From NCBI GenBank assembly GCA_003228585.1, contig QIEJ01000185.1:1-41151 (forward strand): DNA of 41,151 nucleotides, read 5' to 3'. A program made the translations under genes and the position numbers. The notes under the pieces were generated by a model. It made no database searches. It had not been told where the DNA came from and saw only the letters and a program-made list of their open reading frames with translations. Positions within the stretch are counted from its first letter, which is position 1; each line of letters begins with the position of its first letter. Below are positions 10,144 through 18,316 of the stretch, piece after piece. Origin of the DNA: Pseudomonadota bacterium. GTDB taxonomy: Bacteria; BMS3Abin14.

Positions 10144-10281
10144 TAGAGTCTTCGCCTTTCCGTCTCATGTGCCAATCAGGAAGAAAACACCGGTAATTAC
10201 AAACAGTTTACGGGGATAACAGGACGGCGGGGCACGGAACTCCTTGGGCCCACGCAGGACGCCTGGTTAACTCTGAAACGA

Positions 10282-10656
10282 TCAAATTTTCAGGAGTTCC
10301 TTAACGGTGGAGAGGAGGTTTGTGGACTGGATGGGCTTGGTAATGTAGGCGTCCGCTCCCAGGGCCATGGCCCGTTCCCTGTCTTCCCTTGCGCCTTCCG
10401 TTGTGATTATGACAATTGGTATATCCTTGTAGCTGTCGTTTCCCCGTACGAGACTGACCAGCTTTAACCCATCCATGATGGGCATGTTGATGTCGGTAAG
10501 GATCAGATCAACCTCGTTGGAGGACAGCTTTTTCAGTCCATCGACTCCGTCGGATGCCTCTATCACTTCGGCCTTCGGAATGCGGTTAAGGGCAAATCGT
10601 ATAAGCTGCCTCATGGTTGGGGAATCTTCTATGACCAGAAACTTTAACGCTGCCAT
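10282..10656 (-). CDS. CheY-like single-domain response regulator
   Basis: 124 aa: LVIEDS, phospho-acceptor context LILTDINMPIMDG, IITTEG, KP. Paralogous to the cheY at 20525..20896. Confidence 0.85.
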   Translation of the reverse strand: MAALKFLVIEDSPTMRQLIRFALNRIPKAEVIEASDGVDGLKKLSSNEVDLILTDINMPIMDGLKLVSLVRGNDSYKDIPIVIITTEGAREDRERAMALGADAYITKPIQSTNLLSTVKELLKI

Positions 10657-10669
10657 TTGATTTCTCCCT

Positions 10670-11509
10670 TCACTTCTGACTCAGCAGATCGAGAAATCCC
10701 TGGTAGGTGGTCAGTTTCCTCCTGGATTCGGAATAGAGCCTTGCGCTGAAAATAGCCGTCGCTGCATGTCCGGCAAGAAGCGTGAAAAGCTCAAAGTCCA
10801 CAGGGGCGAACTTCACCTTCTGTTGGAGAAGTTTATACAGTGTAATCACGCCTATAAGCTCATCCTTTATCAGAAGTGGAATACAGACGAGGGGATCTTT
10901 GAACAGCTCATCTCTGGTTGAGGGGGGCATCTCATTAAAATAGCTCGTCTTTTCCTGGGCAGCGGAACCTATGATCCCCTCACCCATGGCGATGGGGCTA
11001 ATCTCCTCCAGCCCAACACCTTCAGACCCGGCCGGAATCAACTGATTGGTCTTCTCGTCGAGGAGAAATACGGCAAAATCCTCCGCTCCGATCAGGTTGA
11101 TAATGATCTCGAGGATAATCTGCAGCACCTCCTCGTAGTCAAGAGTCGAGTGGAGTTGAAAGCTTGCTACATAGAGGTTGGCCAGATTGTTATTCTGTTC
11201 CTCAACATCGACATAACGTCGAGCAAAATCGATATTCTCCTCCTCGACCTCACTCAGTTTCCCAGCCAGGTCCTGAATTTTCTCTTCATAGATGGCGACC
11301 TTTCTTGAAAGCTCCAGGTACTGGGAATTATCTGTCGGAGAACCGGCAGAAGGATTCGGGCCTGACTTCAGCGTCTCCTCAAGCTGCACGACCCTGTATC
11401 GCAGTCGCTCATTTTCCTTGAGGAGATCCTGGGTAAATTCCTGTCCCTGCCGGAACATTTCCAGAAACTCTTCACCCTTTTCGAAAAGTTTTGTTTTTTT
11501 CTCGCTCAT
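10670..11509 (-). CDS. Coiled-coil + GAF domain protein
   Basis: 279 aa. The N-terminal ~110 aa are heptad-rich and charged (LKENERLRYRVVQLEETL, KIQDLAGKLSEVEEEN). The C-terminal ~150 aa look GAF-like (ILEIIINLIGAEDFAVFLLDE...GEGIIGSAA...CIPLLIKDELIGVITL). Confidence 0.6.
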   Translation of the reverse strand: MSEKKTKLFEKGEEFLEMFRQGQEFTQDLLKENERLRYRVVQLEETLKSGPNPSAGSPTDNSQYLELSRKVAIYEEKIQDLAGKLSEVEEENIDFARRYVDVEEQNNNLANLYVASFQLHSTLDYEEVLQIILEIIINLIGAEDFAVFLLDEKTNQLIPAGSEGVGLEEISPIAMGEGIIGSAAQEKTSYFNEMPPSTRDELFKDPLVCIPLLIKDELIGVITLYKLLQQKVKFAPVDFELFTLLAGHAATAIFSARLYSESRRKLTTYQGFLDLLSQK

Positions 11510-11577
11510 TTATCCCGCTCCAGACTCGCCCCAGCTTTCCGAAAAGCGCCCCCCCAAAAGCAAAGGATGTAGATATT

Positions 11578-11648
11578 CAGCTTCTGGTTTCCAGTTTCTG
11601 GTTTCTAGATTTAACTTAGTACGTAGTACTTAGTACATTGTACTTAGT
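11578..11648 (-). repeat. Two abutting heptanucleotide arrays in the cheB/GAF intergenic leader
   Basis: Plus strand: cagcttc|tggtttc|cagtttc|tggtttc|tagattt, then acttagt|acgtagt|acttagt|acattgt|acttagt. About 10 units in 7-nt phase. Confidence 0.7.
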
Positions 11649-11655
11649 TGTCGAT

Positions 11656-12759
11656 TTAGTTACTAACATCGCTCCGGTCATTTTTCAAGCCACAGATGAC
11701 CTGTGACAATTCCTGGACCTTCTGCGGGATGCGGTCCAGAACCAGGACCGATCCAGCAGCGCCCTTTTGAACTGCGGCCCTGGGCATTCCGAAAACAACG
11801 GTGGATTCCTCCGACTCAGCGATGGTCTGGCCACCGGCCTGCCTGATCTTCAGCAGTCCTTCAGCTCCGTCATTACCCATCCCTGTAAGCAGGACTCCTA
11901 TGATTCTGGCACCCAGTGCATCCACGGCCGATGCCATAGTCATATCTATTGATGGGACAAATCGGTCTCCCTTCGATTTTTCTCTTATCGCGGCTACATA
12001 CCCCCGCTGTTTAACTATTTCCAGGTGATTCCCTCCAGGAGCCACGAGGACCTGACCTGGAACCAGTGGATCTCCTTGTTCAGCCTCCCTGACCTTGAAT
12101 GGTGTGTTTTTATCAAGTCGAACGGAAAACTGCCTTGTGAAAACCGGCGGCATATGCTGCACCACGATGATGGGGAGTGGAAAATCAGCCGACATCTGTG
12201 CCAGAGCCCTCTGTATGGCGGACGGCCCACCAGTGGACGCTCCAATAATGAGAACACCTTCAATACTTTTCGCAATTTTTTGTATGACAGCCGCAGTCGC
12301 TGTCTCATGCTTCGCTTTCGCCTTTTTCAGATCTTTCAGGTACGGAACCACATCCTTCCCGGCCACAGCACGGATCTTTTCCTGGAGTTCCGCCTTGATC
12401 TCAACGATACGCTCAGAGGCATATCTCAGAGGTTTGACAACAAAATCCAGGGCGCCCAGATCCAGGGCTTTAAAGACGTTCTTTTCGCCCCCCTCAGCAC
12501 TGACGACAACTACCGGTAGAGGCCGGTTGCGCATCAGCCAGCGAAGAAAGGTGAAACCATCCATCCGGGGCATGTTCAGATCCAGTGTAATGACGTCCGG
12601 CGGATCGGACATAACCGTCTTTATGGCCTCCTCACCGTTGGACACAACGTCCACGGAACCAACCTCCTCCATAGCCAGCAGTATGGTTCTGAGCATCTTC
12701 CGGTTGTAGGCGGAGTCATCAACCACCAGAACGGACAGAGTTTTTTTGCCGGCCTTCAT
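11656..12759 (-). CDS. cheB: Protein-glutamate methylesterase CheB (REC + esterase)
   Basis: 367 aa with a receiver domain (VLVVDDS...VITLDLNMPRMDG) and an esterase domain (GASTGGP, VQHMPP, GMGNDG). Confidence 0.9.
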   Translation of the reverse strand: MKAGKKTLSVLVVDDSAYNRKMLRTILLAMEEVGSVDVVSNGEEAIKTVMSDPPDVITLDLNMPRMDGFTFLRWLMRNRPLPVVVVSAEGGEKNVFKALDLGALDFVVKPLRYASERIVEIKAELQEKIRAVAGKDVVPYLKDLKKAKAKHETATAAVIQKIAKSIEGVLIIGASTGGPSAIQRALAQMSADFPLPIIVVQHMPPVFTRQFSVRLDKNTPFKVREAEQGDPLVPGQVLVAPGGNHLEIVKQRGYVAAIREKSKGDRFVPSIDMTMASAVDALGARIIGVLLTGMGNDGAEGLLKIRQAGGQTIAESEESTVVFGMPRAAVQKGAAGSVLVLDRIPQKVQELSQVICGLKNDRSDVSN

Positions 12760-13616
12760 ACATCGTCTCCCGGCTTCTGGTAGACCATTACCTGAGTAAG
12801 GTGCTTCAGCCTGAAGGCCGTTGTAATATTCATCAACGATTCAGAGTGTCCTAAAAGTAAATATCCACCTGTGGCAAGCTTCCGGTGAAAGGCATTGACA
12901 ACCCTGGCCTTGGCGTTTTTATCAAAATATATAATGACGTTCCTGCAAATAATGACATCACACTCGCCTATCAGCCCCAACATCTTTTCATCAAGAAGAT
13001 TGTGGTGCCCGAAATGAACCATGGACCGGATGGATTCATCGAGGACATATTTCCCATCTTCGAACCTGGTGAAATAGCTCTGGATGCTGGAATTATCGGT
13101 AACTCTGAATGAGGACTGTGAATATTCAGCCTTCCTGGCCGATTTAAGGACCTGTTGACTGATATCCGTCCCGATGATGTCGATCTTCCAACCTTCGAAA
13201 ATTCCTGATTCTTTTATCAGGATAGCCAGGGTGTAGGGTTCCTCACCGGTGGAGCAGCCGGCACTCCAGATGCGAATATGTCTGGTCTGTGCCTTTCGTT
13301 GAGCAAGTTCAGGTAGTATTTCCTCTGAAAAAGCATCAAGCTGATTCTTTTCCCTGAAAAAATATGTTTCGTTGGTTGTGATAATATCCAGCAGTTCATT
13401 GATTTCCTGAACTTTATCCTGGTGAAAGAGTAGATAGTGATAATATTTCAGGAAGGAGTCAAAGTGGTGAGCTCGAAGCCTGTTCTGAAGTCGGCTCTCA
13501 AGAAGGAACCTGCTGGATTGGTCAAAAAAAAGACCGCAGTACTCATATATGAACCCGGACAGAAGTCTGAACTCCTCATCTGCCAGTTCGATCCTCCCGG
13601 TGGTATCAAAAAGCAT
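12756..13616 (-). CDS. cheR: Chemotaxis protein methyltransferase CheR
   Basis: 286 aa with ETYFFRE and the SAM-binding motif IWSAGCSTGEEPYT. 4-nt overlap with cheB and 11-nt overlap with the upstream HEAT gene. Confidence 0.9.
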   Translation of the reverse strand: MLFDTTGRIELADEEFRLLSGFIYEYCGLFFDQSSRFLLESRLQNRLRAHHFDSFLKYYHYLLFHQDKVQEINELLDIITTNETYFFREKNQLDAFSEEILPELAQRKAQTRHIRIWSAGCSTGEEPYTLAILIKESGIFEGWKIDIIGTDISQQVLKSARKAEYSQSSFRVTDNSSIQSYFTRFEDGKYVLDESIRSMVHFGHHNLLDEKMLGLIGECDVIICRNVIIYFDKNAKARVVNAFHRKLATGGYLLLGHSESLMNITTAFRLKHLTQVMVYQKPGDDV

Positions 13617-15654
13617 CTGGATTCCTTGATTCCATCAGGGATCGGATAGTGTCCCGAACGGTTCTATCCGAATCAGATTCGGCCATATCCATCAGGGTCT
13701 GAAGCGTCCCTTCATCCTCATTATCCACGAGGGAATGTGCAGCAAAGATCCTTACGCTGGCATCATCATCCCTTGTGGCCTGGAGAAGAAGTGCCAGGCT
13801 TCTCTCTCCGGGAACCTTTCCAAGAACCCTGCAGATACTCCTCCTGATCTCCACAACCTCCTTCTTGAAGGCATCCTCAAGAATATCCATAACATTCTCG
13901 TGACCTTCCGAGCCTCTTTGACCAAGCGCCTCAACTACAGAAGTTTTGATCATGAGGTCGTCGCCGAGCATGAGATCGGAAAGATCATCCGGCTCCATGT
14001 CGGGATGAACGCTAAGGGCTGAGACAGCAGCGGAGCGAACCCATGGATCCTGATCAAACAGGGCTGCCCTCAGTGGCTCCGCTGCTCCAGGAGATTTCAG
14101 GATCTCCAGAGCCATGGCGGCTTCAACCCGAACAGCAGGGCTTTCGTCGGCCAGGGAGTTGATGACTGCTGATGCGGCCGAAAGGTCGCTGGTTCTCTTC
14201 AGACCGCCGACAGCCGCTGCTCTGACAACCGGCTCGGCATCGTGAAGGGCACCCAAAAACAGCTTCAGATGCCCTGAGACATCCACTTGCCCTAGCACTC
14301 GGATAAGAAGAGCTTTTATCTCCGGTTGGGATTCGGGCAACAGAGGCACGATCTTTTTTGAAAGGGAGGCAGAATATTTTATGCCCAGCCTGACGAGTGC
14401 TTCAGCCGCAGCCTCAGAGACGTCACGATACTCATCGGGCAGAAGGTCCAGAAGCGGGTCTATGGAGTCGCTGTCGCCCAGGATAGACACCGCCTGTGCC
14501 GCGTCTTTTCGCACATGTCCGCTTTCATCCTTGAGCATGGGATAAATATCCTGGAGTAAATCGGTGTCGCCGAGCAGTGCCAGGACCTGAAGGGCCCGTC
14601 TGCGAACCAGTTCATCCTGGTTTTCCAAAAGCACGGTGAGCACAGAAGAGTCCCTTTCGGCGAAACGGTAAAGCGCCATATTCACGTCCCACTCCATTGA
14701 TTCATCCTCAACCATGGAGAGGCCGGCCTCGAGGGCCCGTTGGCCACCGATCATGCTCAGTGCAGCAAGATAGCCCTGCTTGTTCTCAAGATTGTCCGAG
14801 ACAGCAAGCTGGTCGGCCATGAATTCCACAATCTGGATATCAGCCGCAGATGCCACTTTCCCCGAGAAGGATTCCAGACCTTCCTGAACTCCTTCCACCA
14901 GGGCTCTTCGACAGATCAACCCGGCAGCCAGGAAAACCGCTTTAGCGGCGCCGCGAGGCATCGATGGGAGGATCTCAAGGAGCCGGGAGCCCTCATCCAG
15001 TGAGCCAATTCTCCCGATCCCATGGATCGCCGGGTTCGCAAGGAGCCTGTTGTCCAGATACCTGAAGAAAATCGGAAGCGCCTCCGTGTCCTCCAACCTT
15101 GCCAGAGCACTGAGAATACTGAAAGCTACCCAATTATCCGCTCCTTCAAGTGCGCCTATGAGAGCCCTGCTCGAGGCACTGTCTCCAATGGAAGCCAGGC
15201 TCTCGGCGGTTGCAGCCCGTATGTTGTCCTTCGGATCATCGAGCATTCTCACAAGATCCGGAATTACTGAGGGATCAGCTATGTTCCCGAGGATGTCCAC
15301 GAGGAACTTTCTCACATCGGGCTGGTCAATAGAGAGGTGGCCGCTAATTAGAACGGCAGCATCGGGTCCCATTCCCTCCAGAGCCTCAACGATGGAGTTC
15401 CTGAGTGTCACCTCCCTTGAAGGATCCATAAGGGGAACCAGATGTGAGATCAGTTCCGGAGTCGGGTTAAGTCCGGAAAGACCCTCAATGGCTTCCTTCC
15501 GCACCCTCCAGCTCTCATCGGACAGAGGGATCTCAAGCCACTGGAGATCATCCTCCGTAAGATCCGCTTTCAGAGAGACCATCGCCTGGCGGCGCTGCTC
15601 CTCGTCTGAAGATCTCAAACCTGATATCAAGGCTTCTCTGGCCTCAGGTTCCAT
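13606..15654 (-). CDS. HEAT-repeat (PBS-lyase-type) protein embedded in the che operon
   Basis: 682 aa from ATG 15654 (MEPEAREAL). Many repeats of the D..VR..A...L type: WRVRKEAIEGL, NIRAATAESL, VRRRALQVL, HVRKDAAQAV, PVVRAAAVGGL, AVRVEAAMAL, WVRSAAVSAL, SVRIFAAHSL. Confidence 0.75.
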   Translation of the reverse strand: MEPEAREALISGLRSSDEEQRRQAMVSLKADLTEDDLQWLEIPLSDESWRVRKEAIEGLSGLNPTPELISHLVPLMDPSREVTLRNSIVEALEGMGPDAAVLISGHLSIDQPDVRKFLVDILGNIADPSVIPDLVRMLDDPKDNIRAATAESLASIGDSASSRALIGALEGADNWVAFSILSALARLEDTEALPIFFRYLDNRLLANPAIHGIGRIGSLDEGSRLLEILPSMPRGAAKAVFLAAGLICRRALVEGVQEGLESFSGKVASAADIQIVEFMADQLAVSDNLENKQGYLAALSMIGGQRALEAGLSMVEDESMEWDVNMALYRFAERDSSVLTVLLENQDELVRRRALQVLALLGDTDLLQDIYPMLKDESGHVRKDAAQAVSILGDSDSIDPLLDLLPDEYRDVSEAAAEALVRLGIKYSASLSKKIVPLLPESQPEIKALLIRVLGQVDVSGHLKLFLGALHDAEPVVRAAAVGGLKRTSDLSAASAVINSLADESPAVRVEAAMALEILKSPGAAEPLRAALFDQDPWVRSAAVSALSVHPDMEPDDLSDLMLGDDLMIKTSVVEALGQRGSEGHENVMDILEDAFKKEVVEIRRSICRVLGKVPGERSLALLLQATRDDDASVRIFAAHSLVDNEDEGTLQTLMDMAESDSDRTVRDTIRSLMESRNPDAF

Positions 15655-16561
15655 TGTCCTCCTCAGGCCGCGCCGATCCGACACCGCGGGAGCCAAGCAG
15701 ATCGAGCATTTCATTAGAGAGAATCTGATGATAATCACCCTCGTATTCCGGGAACTGTTGTTTGAGCAGATCTACTCCTTCCTGTATTTCGGCGGCTATC
15801 ATCTCAAGAATCCGCTCAGGCACTGAATTCCTTATTGTATCCTCGCTGTAAAGCGCTATATCACTGACAATGACTCTGCACGTTCTCCTGATCCTTTCCT
15901 CGAATGTTTCATCAGAACCCCCCACCAGATTCCGATGAATCTGCTCCAGCTCTCTCCTGTCGTCAATCTCCTGATCCGTCGGCGGCTTGACAAGATCAGG
16001 TCCTGCCTTCATGGGCCCCGATTCAGGCCCCGGATCGATGAGTCTTCTTATCTTTGGTGCCAGAAAGTCAGGGAGATGATGCCTTTCGATATGGTCATCT
16101 GCACCATAAAGTGATGTGGGGGCTCTCTTGTAGCGTGTCCCATGGTAAAGTGAGGACAGGAGAATAATGGGGAATTTTCTGTCCTTGAGAGTCTCCTTCA
16201 GTCTGTCGATCATCTCGTAGCCCACCATGTCGGGAAGAGAGACGCTTACCAATGCCGCATCGGGAGGAGATTGGGAGATGATCTCGAGAGCCTGTTCCCC
16301 GGTTGGCGATACCCGTCCACGTAAACCATCCCTGGCGAGGATTTTCAGGATCAACTGTGCGAGCTCCACTTCGTACACAACAACGAGAATCTCATGAACT
16401 GCACCTTCCGGATTTACAGCGTCATCAGGAAGGGCAATGGAGACCAGCGAGCCGCATTTCCTGCAGTTAAAAGATATGACACCGGGTGGGAGCTTTTCAG
16501 GATGAATCCTGTAGTATTTCCCACAGATGTTACAGCGTGAAATATTAAAATTATCCTTCAT
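15644..16561 (-). CDS. MJ0042-type zinc-ribbon + degenerate receiver (pseudo-REC) protein
   Basis: 305 aa from ATG 16561 (MKDNFNISR). CxxC...CxxC ribbon: CNICGKYYRIHPEKLPPGVISFNCRKCG. The REC-like fold has the phospho-acceptor replaced: LVSVSLPDMVG aligns with DxxMPxMDG, so D becomes S. The acidic pair is VYEVE and K becomes R in GADDHIERH. Confidence 0.6.
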   Translation of the reverse strand: MKDNFNISRCNICGKYYRIHPEKLPPGVISFNCRKCGSLVSIALPDDAVNPEGAVHEILVVVYEVELAQLILKILARDGLRGRVSPTGEQALEIISQSPPDAALVSVSLPDMVGYEMIDRLKETLKDRKFPIILLSSLYHGTRYKRAPTSLYGADDHIERHHLPDFLAPKIRRLIDPGPESGPMKAGPDLVKPPTDQEIDDRRELEQIHRNLVGGSDETFEERIRRTCRVIVSDIALYSEDTIRNSVPERILEMIAAEIQEGVDLLKQQFPEYEGDYHQILSNEMLDLLGSRGVGSARPEEDNGT

Positions 16562-17363
16562 CCTTCGAGACCTCAGTGTCATCACAGTCAACGGCCAGGA
16601 CTTTTTGAAGGTTCAGAAGGATAATCAGCCGTTCATCCACCTTACCGATCCCGATGAGAAATTCACCCTCCACACTTCCAACGATCTCGGGGGGAGGATC
16701 GATCCTGTTCAGTGGAACATCCATCACCTGTACGACCAGGTCAACGAGCAGACCGAAAAAGTGCTCGTTGGATTTCACAACGATGATCCTGTTCTTTGGA
16801 TCCTGCTCAGTGGCAGCCAATCCCAGTCTTTTTTTCACATCAAAGACCGGGATAATGACACCCCGCAGGGAGATGATACCCTGAATATAAGCCGGCGTCC
16901 TGGGAACTTCCGTAGCCTCCCTTGGCCTGACGATCTCCTTGATGTCCATGATATTCAGACCGTATTCCTCATCCCCAAGCATGAAGGTAAGAAGCTGTAT
17001 CTGCTCCTCTTCCTCCACCGCCTTTTCCTCATGCTGACTCCGGAGGATGTCTTTCAGGTCCTTCAGTTCTCCCTCGACAGCCTCCTCAAGGGCAACAGTT
17101 GAGACCTCCGCCTTAACCTCGGCCGGAACCATGGGACTTTCCTCTACAGCAGGAGCGGCTTCTGTTTTCTCCTCGGGAACCTCTGGAGCCTGAGTCTCAG
17201 TACTCTGTTCCTCAGCATCAGCAGCAGGCGAAGGTCTCTGAACCGGCTGCTTTTTCGCAGGTCTTTTTTTCGGTTTTGAAGCCTCGGACTTTTTGGTCCC
17301 GCTTCCCCTTTTTTTTGCCGTTCCGGCTTCTTTCGCTTTTTTCCTGATCTTCACCAGATCCAT
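16551..17363 (-). CDS. cheW: CheW-domain coupling protein with a long low-complexity N-terminal extension
   Basis: Start chosen at ATG 17363 (MDLVKIRKK); the ORF-track start lies inside repeat C1. A ~130-aa Lys/Pro-rich then Glu-rich segment precedes a CheW domain (LLTFMLGDEEYGLNIMDIKEIV...IISLRGVIIPVFDVKKRLG...FGLLVDLV). Confidence 0.8.
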   Translation of the reverse strand: MDLVKIRKKAKEAGTAKKRGSGTKKSEASKPKKRPAKKQPVQRPSPAADAEEQSTETQAPEVPEEKTEAAPAVEESPMVPAEVKAEVSTVALEEAVEGELKDLKDILRSQHEEKAVEEEEQIQLLTFMLGDEEYGLNIMDIKEIVRPREATEVPRTPAYIQGIISLRGVIIPVFDVKKRLGLAATEQDPKNRIIVVKSNEHFFGLLVDLVVQVMDVPLNRIDPPPEIVGSVEGEFLIGIGKVDERLIILLNLQKVLAVDCDDTEVSKDEG

Positions 17364-17394
17364 TTTATTTCCCTTTTTTGAGGTCAAGACCTTT

Positions 17395-17490
17395 ACCACA
17401 GAGGACTCAGAGAGCACAGAGGAGTTCTGAAATCAAAAACCTTATTGAAAAACTAAAAAACCCTCTGTGTCCTCCGTGATCTCTGTGGTT
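17395..17490. repeat. Family-C inverted-repeat element, copy 1
   Basis: Left arm accacagaggactcagagagcacagagg (three CACAGAGNN units), an AT-rich ~40-nt non-conserved core, and right arm ccctctgtgtcctccgtgatctctgtggtt (complementary units). Same ends and orientation as 20936..21032. Confidence 0.8.
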
Positions 17491-17497
17491 CAATTTT

Positions 17498-18313
17498 TCA
17501 TGCTTCCGCTGGTTCCAGATCGAGATCCTCCACGACATCCAGAACGATATCCGGACCGATGTGCGCAAGTTCCTTTGAAAAGCCCGTCAGAAGAGCGTTG
17601 GCTGCAATGTTGTTGATTATCCTGGGCAATCCACCTGAGTATCGATAGATGACATCAATGGCATCATCTGTGAAGAGACCACCCTCCCCACCGGCTTCCA
17701 GAAGTCGGTGAGCAACGTACCCTCCCGTATCCTCCCTCCCCATTGATCCCAGGTGGTATTGAATCCCAATCCGCTGTCGAATGGCCTCGTAAGGGGATTG
17801 TTTGAGTCTTTTTCTCAACTCGGTCTGGCCGATAAGAATAAGGGAAAGAAGATTCAGGTCGTCGAGTTGAAAGTTGGTTAGAAGACGAATCTCATCGAAT
17901 GTCGCCTTGGAGGGGATCAACTGTGCTTCGTCGATGATGATCACGGGGCACATATCCTCCTCAAAATTATTGAACAGAAACTCATTTATCTGTTCGAGCA
18001 GGTCCGTCCTGAAATATGCCGGCTGGGCCACGCCCATCCTCAACGCCAGGGTTCTGAGGAACTGATTGGGAGTGAGCCTGGGGTTGATGAGCAGAATAGG
18101 GCGGTAATTCTCGGGAAGCAAATCGATCAGGGCCCGGCTCAGCAGCGTTTTTCCGGTACCTATCTCGCCCGTTAGAAGGGTCAACTCTCTCTCTTCGGCC
18201 CCGTAACGGATCCGTTCGAGAGCTTCCTGATGAATGGGACTCCTGTACAGGAAAGCCGGATTGGGTGTTTTCCCGAAAGGCCTGGTGTGAAATCCGAAGT
18301 GCTCCTCGTACAC
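17498..18313 (-). CDS. ExeA/GspA/MshM-like AAA ATPase
   Basis: 271 aa with a GTG start 3 nt after the cheA stop. N-terminal FGFHTRPFGKTPNPAFLYRSPIHQEAL, Walker A LTGEIGTGKT, Walker B-like VIIIDEAQ. Confidence 0.7.
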   Translation of the reverse strand: MYEEHFGFHTRPFGKTPNPAFLYRSPIHQEALERIRYGAEERELTLLTGEIGTGKTLLSRALIDLLPENYRPILLINPRLTPNQFLRTLALRMGVAQPAYFRTDLLEQINEFLFNNFEEDMCPVIIIDEAQLIPSKATFDEIRLLTNFQLDDLNLLSLILIGQTELRKRLKQSPYEAIRQRIGIQYHLGSMGREDTGGYVAHRLLEAGGEGGLFTDDAIDVIYRYSGGLPRIINNIAANALLTGFSKELAHIGPDIVLDVVEDLDLEPAEA

Positions 18314-18316
18314 GAC

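Noticed and set aside
10144-10281. A T-box or other leader upstream of leuS.
   Set aside because: The gap is only 138 nt, and I saw no specifier or antiterminator T-box sequence (AGGGTGGNACCGCG-type) on the coding strand.
11578-11648. A CRISPR array or phase-variable simple-sequence repeat, considered for this and the other heptad arrays.
   Set aside because: The units are 7 nt and contiguous with no spacers. They are degenerate rather than identical, and no cas genes are present. That rules out CRISPR, and the degeneracy makes slipped-strand switching unlikely.
17364-17417. The upstream start of cheW given in the ORF track.
   Set aside because: That start codon and the first 8 codons are the left arm of repeat C1 (ccacagaggactcagagagcac). 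ATG 17363 lies outside the repeat.
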